A stretch of 64,000 nucleotides of DNA from Marsupella aquatica (taxonomy: Eukaryota; Plantae; Marchantiophyta): positions 21,498,955 to 21,562,954 of the forward strand of contig OZ316893.1 of assembly GCA_973895155.1 (NCBI GenBank). The letters are read 5' to 3'. Positions 13,101-27,200 of the stretch are shown in pieces. The translations under genes were made by a program, and so were the position numbers. Below the pieces are notes generated by a model that worked only from the letters and a program-made list of their open reading frames with translations, was not told the origin of the DNA and searched no databases. Numbering within the stretch: position 1 is the first letter of the stretch; every line of letters starts with the position of its first letter.

Positions 13101-16100
13101 ATGACAGAACCGGAAACTGAAACCAAAAGTGGGCCGCCATCGGTTGCCATCGAGACGAGCCAGCTTTTTGCTTCTGCGGAGGAGACCGAGACCGAGGAGG
13201 GAGGGGGAGGAGAAGAAGAAGTAGAGGAGCATCAGGAGCAGGAGACGAAGGAAGAGAAGGAAGAGGAAGAGAAGGAAGAAGAGGAAGAGAAGGAAGAAGA
13301 GGAAGAGGAGCAGCAGGAGGAAGAAGGGCCTGAAGAGGAGGAAGAAGCAGTTGTTGCGAAAGAAGAGCAGGACCAGCAGCAGCAGCAGTCTACCTCACCC
13401 ACAGAAATCGTTGAACAGGTCGAAGAACCGAAGGAGCAGGCTGAGTATGTGAGCAGCAACAACATTAGTAACAACAAGGAGGGCCCCATACCTAGAAAGG
13501 CTGTGAAAGACGAAGGCAAGAAAGAAGATGAGAAGACAAGACAAGATAACAATAAAAAAGTGGATGAGAAGAAAATTGAGGTAACGAAAGTCGAAGCTAA
13601 AAGAGAAAAAGCGGAACGGAAGGTTGTGAAAGTAGAAGACAAGAAAGTAGCGATAGGGAAAACAGTCGGAGGAGTACCAGGAACAGCAGAACAGAAACAC
13701 GAGATGAGGGATAGAATGGAGGACGTTGAGGAGGAAGAAGAGGAGGAGGTTGAGGAGGAAGAGGAGGAGGAAGAAGTCTTAGAAGAAAAAGAAGAGGAAG
13801 AAGAAGAGGAGGAAGAGGAACAAGAAGAGGAAGAGGAAGAAGAGCCAGAGCAACAATTGCAACTGCAACAGGTCATATCGAAGGAGGAGAAGATGGTTGA
13901 GGAGGAGGAGGAAGAGGATGAGGAAGACGATGCCGGCGAAGAGGATGAACTCAACGAAAGAGATGGGTCTCCTGAGGAACAGCTTGCCTTTACGAGGGCG
14001 CTGAAGGCTTTTTTCAAAGATAGGCGTATGGACTATAAAGCTCCCAAATTTTACGGGGAAGAACTCAACGTTCTCAAGTAAGAAACCTACCACGACTTCC
14101 TAACTACATTCTGGAATCTGGAAGCGCTCCTGTCGTCAATTGTTAGAGGCTCCAGTTTTCCGTGTCGTTTGTGCCACCATGATGACATGTACGACTCTCC
14201 TCTTGGAGCCCACATTTCTCACTATGTGATTCAAGAAGATGGTTGACGATCATCGGTAGGCAACGTCGTCTGTTATCGAGCAACCAGGCTGTGGTTGACT
14301 TCCGATTTGCCCCGCAAGTATTGATTTGTAAGGATCCGGGGGCAGCATTCCTTTCCTGCTTGCTCGAGCCGGTGGATCTTGATCAGTATAGTTACCGTGC
14401 GAACAAAATATACTACCTTGTAACTCCCTGCAACCGACTAGGCCTTGTTTTAGAGATAGTCGTTGAAATGGAGGTAAACCTGTGAAGGTGATTTACCCCA
14501 CTCTGTTCGAATGTTTTATGTGGATCAATTTCTACACCTGTGATAAGTTTGTGGGTCCCATGTTTATGTTGTGAAGTACTCTTCTCGCTAGTAGGTGGTG
14601 CTTTGAACAATATGTAGATGGAAACTGACTTTCGCACCTTTTAAATTTATGCAATTGAAATGGGAACCACCTCTGGAGGTATCCTTCATGTATGGGAATC
14701 CGTAAAATTTGATTTCGTTGCGTGCTTCCAAATTAGTAAGCTCAGATTTCGTTGTTGTTCGCTCGTGATTGGTAGGTTATGGAGGGCAGTAACTTCACTG
14801 GGAGGATATGAGCAGGTGCGTTAAGCTTTGCTTTGTTGGAATCGACGATGCACAGTTGAAACTGGAAGTAATCTCTCATAGATTACGAATAGCTGACCTC
14901 GGGGCATCGCTCTTAAGTTGTCTTCAACGACCAGAGTAGCATTACCTGACATGCGTCCAAACGGCCACATTTAATCTTTGCGTTAATGCTGGAGTGTGGA
15001 TTTGTGCGTAGCTGGGACAATTTCTGTGAGTGATTTGTGCGGTACTGGAACATTGATGGCGATTGGGCATAAAATTGTAGTAAGCACTAAAGCTGTGATG
15101 TTTCCCTGCAGGTCACTGCCGGCAAGTTGTGGCGGAAAGTTGGTGAACAGTTTCAACCCCCAAAGTGAGCATGCCGCTGAATCGAATTCTAAGTTAGTAT
15201 TGTCGTTTAAAAATAAGTCTTGAGCGTGGCTAGGGTACTTTCCTGTCTTCCATTTATCTGCTCGCGAGCACATTCCGATAGGTTGCTTATGTGACATAGT
15301 CTGTGTCTCATGAAATCTCGAAAATCTCAGGTTGTTGAATGCAACAATACAAGCATTTATTCTGGTTGTCTATCGGGTGCAGGATAATGTTCTTATTTAC
15401 CTTGAAATGGCCTCAATGATTGTGATTCACGTTTTCTGTTTTGGCTAACATTTAAGATACCTTTGAGTGATTAGACGAAGTTATCTTTCAAGATCATTGA
15501 GCTTACTCGCTTCGCATGCTGCGACGGTTAAATCCTTAAGCTGCGTTTGAGATACGGATATCATATCTGACTTGGCTTTGTGCCTGTCTTGTCTCAGGAC
15601 ATGTACCACACTTTCATGGTCATTTCGCGGCTTTTATGAAAAGGTATGAACAGACCTACGGTTAAATTGCTATATTGTCTTCATCTCAAGGTGCATTAAC
15701 CACCTCCTTTCCTGTATCACTACTTATAGCTATGACGGAAATTAGATAACTGCTCTCTTTCGGTGATGTAGTCTTTAGATTCTCAATCAGATTTCAGTGC
15801 AGCTTTATCACATTTTCATGCTTTAATTACAGTAACGCTCGTGGAGTATTCACACGTCGACTTCATCTCGAGACTAGAATTCTCCAGACCCTTTGACGCA
15901 GTGTGCTAAACATCCGGACCACTGACAACTGTTTCTGTCCTTGCAGGCATTGCTGGAGTACGAGAGGTATCAAGCAGGTGTTTCTTATCCTGCTAGTTCT
16001 CAACCAGATGGTACAATATCGGGAACTGACAGCCAAGCTGCGATGTCTCCTAATACTCCTTCATCACAGGTAGGCTATTGCTTTGGCTCATAGCTAGTAT

Positions 16101-19100
16101 ACTTAACACAAGCAGGTAGGGATAGAGCTCAATGGGATGCCTCGAAATAGTGCAGCATTAATACAAAGTTGCAAAGTAACTTTCAGAATGTGTTCAACCG
16201 GTAGACATGGGCTGCCACGTTACCCATCACAGTGATCTTTAAGTGGTGTTTTTTTCTATTTATTTCTTCTCTTTACGTGACCCAAATGTCACTAGGCCCT
16301 GGAAAGCTTAACAACTGGCATGATCCAAACTCGTTATGTTTCTCTGGGGGATGAGGAGTGGGTCTGTGGAGGAGTTGTTTGCAAGATGACTCTCGTTGAT
16401 GATTCCTCTCTGTGGATGCAGTGTTGTCCTTTATTGTAACTATCTGTGTGTGCTGTCCCCTTACATCTTACAGCCTAGTTCAACACCAGCATCTGGGTCA
16501 GGGAGAATGCGAAGAGATGCCGCAACTCGTGCCATGCATGGTTGGCATGTTCAACGACTGGGCAACGGAGAAGTTGGGGATCCTGTCGTCAAGGTAATAG
16601 ATGTCCTTCACATTTGTGATTTCTTTCTGATGGGGTGATTTGTTTAAAGGTGTTTATGCTGTCTGCTGTTTCTCAGAGCTCGTCTCGTAAGGTTTAGAAG
16701 ATATGAGCTGGTCCTGAAGTTGGTAATATATCTTGCAGGAGAGGCCTGTGCCATCGAAAAAGGAGAAGCAATTGAAGAATTTGGGTACACTCCACTTTTA
16801 CTTGATGCCAACTCGATACCACTTGTATCTCATGCGTGCTTGTGCTCTGCTGCTCAGTTTTAAACTCCGGACTGACTTATCCCATGGACAATTACTGTAT
16901 GATTAACGTCAAGGCATGGCGTTAACAGTTGGATCAAAGCGAAAAGAGACGGTTTCACTTGTCGAGAGAGCAGTGAAGGTGGCCCGTGCCAAAGGTTCCA
17001 AAGGATCTCGGTCTCTTTCTCTGGATGAGGTCCCCACAGGGAAGGCAGTCGTGCCTGTCCCTAACAAGTCCTCTGGCATTTCCAAGAAGGGGCCCAAAGC
17101 AGAGCGTACAAAGCATGTGTCGAAGGTTAACAATATGGAGCCCATGAGAGGTCTCAAGTTGGTGATCACAGATGATGGACCGCCCGCCGACTGGGTTAAG
17201 ATTAATGCTTACAGAACGGTAAGTAGCAGTATAGACCTTAAATCCCTCCTATACTTTGCTGGAATCATAGGTTGTAGGGGAGAGATCTGGGTGAACACTT
17301 ATGAAGTTTTTGTTGATGCATCTGTGTGGGCTTTTCTCGTTTTTGCACTGAGGATGTAAGATGTCGAGTGGTCACTGTTGTGGAGTGGTCACCGTTGGGA
17401 TTGTTCCGGGAATATATTCTTATTGAAGCCACGCCAGCTCCTCTTCAGAACAACTAGGTGAACTGCATGTCACTGCGGTCACTTGGCGTCGTGTTTTCAT
17501 TGGTTCTATATTATCGTGGGAATTAGTGACATGCATCTGCTTTCAATAGTATTGAAGAGGATGCATGAGGAATGAGGTGCTCTTATATTAGATTCATTGA
17601 CCCAATGGAAGTGAGTAGAAAGTACGTGAAGTAAACTCGTACTGACAAACATAAATTAGAAGGATTTTGTGAACCTGAGCTCAAGACCCGCAAGTGAACA
17701 ACCCCTGTGTTGACAAAGATTGGCAGTGTTTACACTTTTATAAACGTAGGGATGGACATCTAATCCTTGGCACGTTCCTTAGAATTAAGGAAGATGAGAG
17801 GGACGGTATACTTATCCGTTCTGGTAAGTTCCAGTGACTGGATGGTCCTGTTTGGATGGACATAGCGCGCTGTAGAGATTGGTACGTGATGAGAGAAGAG
17901 AAACAAGTAACTGCTGCCATGGGAACTGTAATGGATGATCGTGGATTTTCTGCTCAATGATGTCATTGGCATCCTTGAACCTTACTCTTACACCAGCTCT
18001 TATGGAAAGCACAGGGCTAAAGTGCTCCACGTTAACCCGACTGGCTTGTGTCGAAACAGTCCGAGTCTCGTAACCCTCTCATCCCTCAGTTCTCAGTCTT
18101 GAAGTAGTTGGAGAGAACTGGTGAATCCCAAATATCTGAATCAACCCTTATGGGTTGATGAACTCAGTTCTCAGTCTTGAAGTAGTTGGAGAGAACTGGT
18201 GAATCCCAAATATCTGAATCAACCCTTATGGGTTGATGAAGTGGTTGTTATCATCACATTGTCCTATTCCATCATCCAAATTTCCCGAACCGCAAAAATT
18301 GTGTCGATGACGTAACGTAAATTAGATGCCTGCCTGTCAGGTCTATTTGAAAGAACGACTGAGTGTCGAAATGGCTCGGGCAGGACCACTGCTGATGTGG
18401 CAGATAATGGTTGGTTAACTGTCGTTAAGGTACCTGTTTTTCACAAATAAATTCTGCCACTGATTGGGACAGTCCTGGATGGTTTGCGCATGTTGGCAGT
18501 CGGAGGGATATGAAATCTACGCGCTTGTTCCAGGGCTTGCACGAGAGGAGGTAATCTTTCTTAAACCGAGACTTAAGATTTTTCGTTGGCCCTTTGGCAA
18601 GCGCTTGATCGATGGTACATGTTCCTGAGTTTCTTGTTACTTTCGATCTGTTTGATGTGTCTTATTAGGAACTGCACAGCATGAGTGGTGTAAGAAAAGA
18701 AGTCGCGCAAATAATTTTATTCTGCATGACACCCTTGGTTGCAGAAGTGGTGGTCTCTGGGGGTGATTTTATTATGCTGCTTGGGATGGTTGGCTAATTT
18801 GTGTACTCACTTTATTTCATTCACACAGGTAAGGATTCAATGCGAAGAAGGTGGCAGAGTTGTAATATGCGGGTCACCGGAGCAGCCGAATAATCCATGG
18901 GGTGTTACAGCATTTAGAAAGGTGAGCTTCGTACGTTGCCTACTTCTGGTTCTTTTTCTTCTGGTGTTCCACCGGTACTCTTTGCCTATCAGTCGCCGAT
19001 AGGTACTAGTAGATTGTGCCTAGCGGTAATTGCTCTTGAAAAAGCACGGTGTACGGTTCTACGTTGCAAGTGCCCACAGGTTGAATGAATTTTCTATACC

Positions 19101-19445
19101 ACGATAAAACCAAGTGTCCCTTTATATCACCGACTGTTGTTTGTTCGATGTATGGGGCTACTCCTTTTTGATGTGCAGTTACCACGAACAGTATACTGTC
19201 CATATAGCACGTTATTTCAGAGAAGCAAATTCAGAATCTTTTCTGAATCTTAGATTCTGAGATTGAAAGCCAAGCTTACTGTCCAGGTGGTAAGTCACAA
19301 GTGCTAATATGATGCAAAACTTCCATGGAACTTTGTGCAGGTAGTAAATCTGCCGTCAAAAATAGACGCTCATCATACCTCTGCAGTTGTGACTCTTTAT
19401 GGCCAGTTGTTTGTCCGAGTGCCATTTGCTCATGCATTTCAATAG
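13101..19445 (+). CDS. AT-rich interactive domain protein with C-terminal HSP20-like/alpha-crystallin domain (Arabidopsis ARID3/5/6-like class), multi-exon
   Basis: Exons approx. 13101-14077, 14776-14815, 15112-15164, 15598-15643, 15947-16069, 16474-16593, 16739-16785, 16914-17218, 18501-18550, 18829-18921, 19341-19445, all GT-AG. Motifs PKFYGEELNVLKLWRAVTSLGGYEQV..KLWRKVGE, KTCTTLSWSFRGFYEKALLEYE, GSGRMRRDAATRAMHGWH, GPPADWVKIN, YALVPGLAREEV, NPWGVTAFRKVVNLPSKID. Very Glu-rich N-terminus. Probable 5'UTR intron at ~11750-13085. Confidence 0.9.
18085..18240. repeat. Perfect 78-bp tandem duplication in an ARID intron
   Basis: ctcagttctcagtcttgaag...gggttgatgaa at 18085 and 18163. Each unit ends in a small hairpin, atcaaccc-ttat-gggttgat. 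Confidence 0.92.
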
Positions 19446-21339
19446 ATATCTACAATCTGAATAGACGAAAGTTATGAGCTCAGGTCGTCCTGATACAGGG
19501 ATTAGCCCGGGGCTAGATCCTTGAAAGGCTTGAGCTTGTATAGTTCTTAAGTTAGGAAGCATTGAGGGGATTGTGTGGCTCAGTTGTTGAAATGTAAATC
19601 TTGTAGTCTGTCAAGTGCATTGGAGAAATCAATTTAGATAGAGATTCATCAGTGATGTAGAAATAAAGCTGAATTAAATTGAAGTCCGGTGTAATTTTAT
19701 GCGGGTTTGACTGCGTTCCTTCAGTTGTGAGTCAGGGGGTTGCTCTGTGCGTTGCAAGTCTTTGTAGGAGATAAGCGAAAGCCCTCCATGGTGTCAAACG
19801 GCAGGCGGCAGTGGCTCAGACCTACTCAGCAGTATCCCTCTCATTAGGTTTCATTCCTCAATACCAGAGTTGGGGATTTCAGAAAACCCGAAGTGATAAT
19901 TGGGCACATGGCGCACCGGTCGAGCACTTCACTTGCACGGGCTCCGTTAACCTTGTTGCGGTGTGATGATCTTTCATCTGCATCCTGACCTCCGAATCGC
20001 TCAAATGTCGGATGAGCGCATTGAAAGAATGACCCGAGATTGGGAACGGAGGGAACAGAAGAATGACCATTGTTTCACTAGACTGGTGGTTCCTCAATCC
20101 AGTATTTGAGAACACATGTGATGTATAGAGAGTGTCACCATTGGTTTGCATCTCAACATCGACTGGATTAAGAAAGTAATCCCCATTTTTTTTGTTTGCC
20201 TTGAAAACCGAGGGAGACCATGACGCACCGACTAGTAGACCATCACCTTCGGAGCATGCTCATGAAGGGGATCCACCAGCTTAAAGTGGTCAACCAGGAC
20301 CAAGGTGAGGGTTAGGGCTTGGGGTCCCACAGTTCCTTCAATCCACAGCCCATCCCCTGGATTGGGTCGTTTGCCTGTAGGATAGTGTCTCTGCCTTTTG
20401 TTTTCTGGCAGTTTGTAACACGTAAAGACTTCGATCCTCCTCTCCCCTAGATTTCCCATCATGTGCATGCGGTCTCGACAGAATGCCAGGAAGAATTTTG
20501 GAAGAATTGAGGCTGTCAATGACGGCAATACTTAAACAATTGGATGAATGAATTTGTATCAAAGTTTGCCGATCGTCGACAATTTGATGAACGATTTTGT
20601 ATCAAAGTTGGACTATTCTTGATAGGGAAACGGAACAGACAGCAGATGAAGACGGCCATAAAATCAAGATAGAATAAAAGACGAAGAGCTACAAGAAGGC
20701 TAACCTACTGCAAAGGTAAACAGGTACAGAGAATTGATCTCTTCCCGGGTAGTTCTCTCCTGAAATGCATTGGCAACGTAATGTTGACAAATGCAACGCA
20801 CTTGGAGGCCATAGGCAGTGCTCTCGTCAGTTTCCATCTCATTATTTTTTTCAACCTAAGAGTTACCCACCTTCTGTCCCTACTCCCAACAGCAAGCACC
20901 AATCTGATGACACAGAGGTGCAGTGAGGGAATGACAGGACAAAACTTAAGATTCTCCCATCATATTTAGGCTTGACCTGATTTGTTTTCGCATTCATCTT
21001 CAAATTACTTGGTTCTTTCCTCTTTTGTATAACCTTCACGGTTTACTGTTCTTGCCAAAATAGACAACAACAAGTGGAGGAGCTCGTGCATCATGTATGA
21101 CAGCTTGCACGAACTACAGATTGTTGTCCGCACCATGATAGTTTGCTATAGCTGTCTGAGGGAGAATGGGAAGCCATTATAAGCTGGACCTGTGAAAAGC
21201 TTAATCCATTTGTACCTGTGATTACTGCAGAGCTTGTTTCACTGCCCTTCCCAGACATGACTGAAATGAGAAATGGGATTCATTAAACAACAACTGCCTC
21301 CATCCATAAAGAACTGCAGTGACCTGTGGCTCTCATTAT

Positions 21340-22950
21340 AGAGTGCCCCGGTTCAGGACTGAGCTTGAGCTCCACGAAAGGTGGTGAGTGCAAAACCTTT
21401 TTGGCAAGTGCCCACCTTTTATGGTGAGACGCACCACAGGACAAGAATGAGTAGAAGTGAGGGAGGGAATGAGGAGTATATATGGGGAGGTGTGGTTTAA
21501 ACCACCTCTGTCCATATAAAAGGAGAAGTGTCCAAGACTTTTCGATTTTTCACATTTCTCTCCTCTAGGGTGAGACTTTGTTCCACAATTTCAGGAAAAT
21601 GATTCTAAAAATGGTGAAACCTGGTGGATCCAGGTTTTGTCATGGACAGTGGGGCTTTAAAGAGCTCACAGCCCTTCTAAGACCTCATGTCCAAGTGTCG
21701 TTGAGAAGAAAAGATGTCATGTCAGCTAAGAGGTTGTTGAGAGGAAAGATGACGTGTCGGCCAAGAGGTCATGGCATAAAAGATGTCATTAAGTAAAAAG
21801 ATGTTGTTGTGTAAATGATGTCGTAATGATGTCGTTAATAGGTAAAAATACTGTGGCATAAAAGACGTAGTTAAGTATTAAAAAGATGTCGTTGCACCAA
21901 TTGAAATATGTGTAAGTAATGGGATGTCGTTAGTAAAAGGTGTTGTCAAGTAAAATATGTTGTTAACTATAAAAACTCCGATAAATTTGGAGATGAGTTA
22001 GGGCAGAGGATTTTTGCATTTTGTTAGGCTTCCATGTGCGAGGACAAAAAAAAACCCAGTAGGAACCCGGTCCTCGGTCTAGGCGTGGGTGCAAGTCCCA
22101 AACGCAAGACCGAGTCCAGGCAAGGACAAGACCAAGTCCAGGCAAGGGCAAGGGCGGGGATCGGGTGGGTCGTCGAGGCAGGCTTTTAGGGTTGAGTGGG
22201 GGAGCGCGAGGAGGGAGAGTCGGGGCAAGAGGGGAGAGCGGGGTTCGAGAGGCAAGAGGGGGAGAGGCCAGGGAGAGCGGGGTTGGGAGCAGGAGGGAGT
22301 CGGGAGGAGGGGCCGCGAGGTGGGGAGGCAAAAGGGGGCCTGGGAGGCAGAGGGCGGAGCCAGCCAGCCCTGCCCCAAGCCAGCCAGCCAGCATCGGTGG
22401 CCATGAGCTGGGCTGGCTGGCCGCAGGGGGGGATCGCGACATTGCGGCACTGCAATCCAAGTGACTGCTTGAGTTTCCACTTGAGTTTTTTTAGTGTTAT
22501 TGGTTCAATTTTTTCCGGTTTTGATTTTTTCACCCAAAACGGCCCCGCAATTTTGAAAGATGACCATGGTATAAATTGGTGCCATAGTGTATTATAGTTT
22601 TTGATAATTATCACAAAAAATACAGAAGATAAATAGTATATTTTTGACTTGCATTGAAAACAACATCTTGTTCTCACATATGCATTGATGGAAAGTAGAG
22701 GGATCATCATTGATCCTTGTGCTTGCATGGGCTTATTTACTAATTATTTCCCTTTTTCGTTGTCATTTCAGTGTTTCCTTTTTGAAGAGTGTTAGTTCCC
22801 TTTATATTCACACTAAGCTTTAATATCTTTTATTTATTCCTTCCTCTTTTGCTGGAATCTTTTTTTGGACACTCTATATTTGAATGACGACCATGGTATA
22901 AAAGGGTGCAACCTTGTATTATAGTTTAGGATGACATGACCAAATCACTC
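21340..22950. mobile_element. Unclassified insertion with internal degenerate aaagatgtc repeats and a G-rich tract
   Basis: Absent from the homologous segment at ~44330-44680. Contains repeated aaagatgtcgtt-like units (21710-21960), a G/purine-rich tract (22080-22450) and a duplicated gaccatggtataaa..ggtgc..gtattatagttt motif (22562, 22889). No clear TIRs. Confidence 0.4.
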
Positions 22951-24241
22951 ACTCTCTCCCCAATCAGCAACTCAGTTTTAAGAATCTCATTGCCTCAAAT
23001 TGGAGTGAGGGCATGGGAGCTGAAACACTCAGCTTCCCGTCAAAAGCTTTCATCCATCCGTACCTCTGTAAAATGAGTGAACCACTCCCTTGCTTCCTTA
23101 TCAGCTACTCACTATCTCACCAACTCTTTGATAAGAGACATTGTCATCCTATGAAAACTCTCAACAGCTTTTGTCCCTTCACAAAACAATCTGAGAATAC
23201 AAAATTGCTGTAACAAGGGTACAGACTTGGGTACAGGAGGGGATTCATACAAAGTGGAATCAGCCAATTTGCTCATTCTGCTGCTGATGTATGGATGAAT
23301 GTTTGATAACTTCCAAGGTCGCCCACTCACTTCTCAGCAGCAAACTATCTCACTTAACAGGCAGTGAGACTCCGATGGAACTCAGATAAGACTCATTCCT
23401 CAACCCTTTCTCCTACAATAAAGTCAATTCCACAGCAGCAATCTCCCTCCCGTCTATCCCTCTTGCACATGTTGACACCCAAGACAAAGAAGAAACAACA
23501 AACGGGAGCATTCTTTCATTTGAGACACCACTAAAACTGTAGAAGCCGACTGTGGTTCACCATAGATAATGAGAACCGGTCCATGTAACCCACATATGCG
23601 GCACCTGTGAACCAACTCAGGTCAGCTTAGCACCCAACTTTGAGTATCGATGGCTGCGGTCATTAATCCTCTTGAGGCAAGATATGCAAACCATTTATTT
23701 GGAGAGTGATAATTGTGGTTAGAACTAGTTTTGGCAGGAGAAGTGGGCAGATGCTCCTGACTGCTTGTGCATTTGAGAGCCGCCATTCTCTGCCCCACCC
23801 CCTTCTCATTCTGATGATCCCCTTTCTTCCTTCCGTTTCTTGTCATCTTGTCGGCATTGTTCAGTATATTTGAAGCTGCTATATGGTGAATCTACCTTTC
23901 AGATTTTCTCTTATTTGGATTTTTGTGTCATGTATCTTTCTTTGAATATGCCTTAACAAGGGGCATCCTTTGTATCATATAGACTTTTAATTAATTTTTG
24001 GACCCCTTTAATTTTTGGTATCCTAAAGTATTTTGAATTTATTTTGGCAGCTACCATAATTTTAAAACTTTGTTATCTCTTAGATTGAAAGATAAGGCTT
24101 CATTTTCTACCACTTGAACAAAGTTTTTAAGTATTCTCATGAGTGAGAGAAATGATTCTATGTTATATGAACACATTGTGTCTTAAGTTCCCCTCATGGC
24201 CTCCTTTCCTAAGTTTATGGTTTTTATTGAAATGAGTGTCA

Positions 24242-27200
24242 TGTTAAGCATAGACGACATTTGCAACGGCAAGCCCATGAACCATCCAACGCACAATAGT
24301 CGACACAAAGAGATACGTGGTTCACCTCCACATGAGGCTATGTCCACGGGAACACATAAGAGCTTTACTGCACTCTAGGCCGACCGGCCATACCAAGCAT
24401 CCGCAACACAAGCTCTCCCTATCTCTCAACTAGCTCCGTAACAATGAGCCTAAGTTCCGCCAGGGTCTAGCATCAGCCCTGGCTATATGCACACTAGCAC
24501 TACCGCTAACATTAGCTAAGTCCTAACCAGAGTTAGACTAACTGTGGTTAGCTCATGAGTCACAAGACTAGAACAATATTTAACAAACTCCCCCTTGATT
24601 CTTGTCTTGGGGACTAGACTAAATGCTACCATATGGAATCCTCAGCGGGAAGTTCTAGACAATCACCAAACCAGGTCTCCTCCTAAAAACCACAAGGGTT
24701 AACTAAGGGTTAACTATAACTAAGCCGTAGCCTAACAGGAATGAATAATCCATATACAAAATAGTCACACATTGCTAAATAACTCTACTTGCACTACAAC
24801 TGCAAAACCTGCAAAGTAGCACGGTGTCTTGAAAAACTCTCCAAAGGAATCACTTTGGTAAAAGCATCAGCGGGATTGAGCTTTCCATCAATCTTGACTA
24901 GCTCAAAAGTTTTATTAGACACTGCTTGCCTGATAAAATGGTACCTGATATCAATGTGCTTCACCCTACTATCCATCACCTGGTTAGCAGCCAAGTGAAG
25001 AGCACTCTGACTATCACAGTTTAGAGTCATTTTTCCATGCTCTAAACCCATCTCCGCGATCAACTTATCCAACCAAATTGCTTCCTTTGTTGCTTCTACT
25101 ACTGCAACATACTCTGCTTCTGTAGTAGACTGAGATATACACTTCTGCAAGGTAGATTTCCAACTGATACATCCTCCTCCAAGAGTGTATACAAACCCAG
25201 TTGTAGACCTCCTTGTATCCAAACAGCCTCCATAGTCAGAATCTACATAGTCAACTAACGTTCTATCTGATCTGTTATCAAATAGTAATCCATAGTCCTG
25301 TGTTCCCCTCACATACCTGAGAATCCATTTCACAGCTTCCCAATGTACCTTCCCTGGATTTGACATGAATCTGCTAACCTTGCCCATCGCTAGGGCCAAG
25401 TCAGGCCTAGTACAAGTCATCAAATACATCAAACTACCTACTGCCTTCTCATAAGGAATCTTAGCCATCAGACCTTTCTCCACAGCATCCGTAGGAGAGA
25501 AAGCCGATGATAACTTGAAATGTGAAGCTAAAGGAATACTCACTGGCTTACAATTTTCCATGTTGAATCATGCAAGTACTTTCCTCGCATACTGGCCTTG
25601 ACTCAAGCACAACTGTCCAATCTCAGAGTTCCTAAAAATCTCCATCCCTAAGATCCTCTTGGCCTTACCAAGATCCTTCATCCTGAATTCAACACTCAAT
25701 TTCGCCTTGAGACTGTCAACCTCAGATTGATCTTTAGCCACAATCAGCATGTCATCCACATAAATCACCAGAATGATGAAACCAAATACATCATTCTTCA
25801 TCAAGCCTAGTGGCTATCTCATGAAGATCAACTCTTCCAAGTTGCCATAGAGAAAGGCAGTAACAACATCCATCTGATCCATCACCAGACCAAAAAATAC
25901 AACAAGCTGACACAAGATCCGAATTGTGGAATACTTAGCCACCGGTGAAAAGACCTCATTGTAGTCCACTCCTTTCTCCTGAGTGAACCCCTTGGCAACA
26001 AGCCTTGCCTTGTAGATCTTATCTCCACCCTCTGAAGGATTGTCCTTCAACTTGTAAATCCACTTGCTATCCACCACTTGCTGACCTCTTGGAAGCTCCA
26101 CCAACTCCCATGTCTTGTTGTCACTCAAAGATTGCAACTCCCTCTGCATTGTTGCATTCCACTCATGCTTTTGCTCTAAAGCACAAGCCTCACTGTACGA
26201 AGAAGACTCTCCTTCTTCCAAGATCAAAGCCATGTCATCTTCATCAGGTGCAATGTCAATATCATCTAGCTTAGATGAGTCTGCCCATTGACCATACCTG
26301 GTAGGAGCTCTAGTAGAACGACTGGAAGTTCTTCTAGTAGATGACTCAGGCTGATCTGCTGCTGCTGCTGTCTGAATTTGAGGTACCCCAGCAACAATCT
26401 GCTCCTCTTGTTTCATCACAGGAACAAGCTCCAAGCCTGGAGCTTCTCCATCTCTCCTGTCATGAACATCATCATGACTAATCTCCCCCTCAACCCCATC
26501 CAGGATGGGAGATTTCCCCTTTTCAGTATGGGAGTCCTGAGAACTCTCCCCCTCCTTTGATGATCTGGATTCATTAAAGGACACATCTCTACTGACAATT
26601 AGTTTACAGGTTACTGGATCCCATAACCTATAACCCTTCACACCTTTCTGATAGCCAAGGAAAATGCACTTCTTCGACTTGGACTCCAGCTTGGATCAAA
26701 GCTGGGAAGGTGTAAGCACATAAGCATCAAATCCAAAAATCTTTAGATGTGAGTAATCTGCTGGACACCCGTACCTCATTTCAAATGGCGTCTTGAATCC
26801 AATAGAACTAGATGGAGAAAAATTTACCAAATAAGCTGTAGTGTTGACAGCTTCAGCCCAAAACTCATGTGGTAAGCATGATTGACTCAACATACTCCTC
26901 GAGCGATCCAATAGTGTTCGGTTGAGTCTCTCAGAAACACCATTCTACTGAGGAGTATAACTTGTTGTGAGATGGCGGGTAATCCCTTGCTCCTTACAAT
27001 ACGTTCCAAATTCCCCAGAACTGTATTCACCGCCGTTATCCGATCAAAGATATCTCACCTTATTACCAGTCCGATTCTCAACTTGGGCTTTCCACTCCTT
27101 AAAAGTGGCACAAACATTAGACTTATTGTGTAGAAAGTATATCCACACATACCTTGAGTAATCGTCTATTAACGTGACATAGTATAACCGTCCAGAATGT

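Noticed and set aside
13232-14017. 261-aa Ser-rich minus-strand ORF
   Set aside because: Antisense shadow of the Glu-rich ARID exon.
21963-22728. Several overlapping Pro/Gly/Arg-rich ORFs
   Set aside because: The GC-rich low-complexity tract lacks stops in many frames; no recognisable domain.
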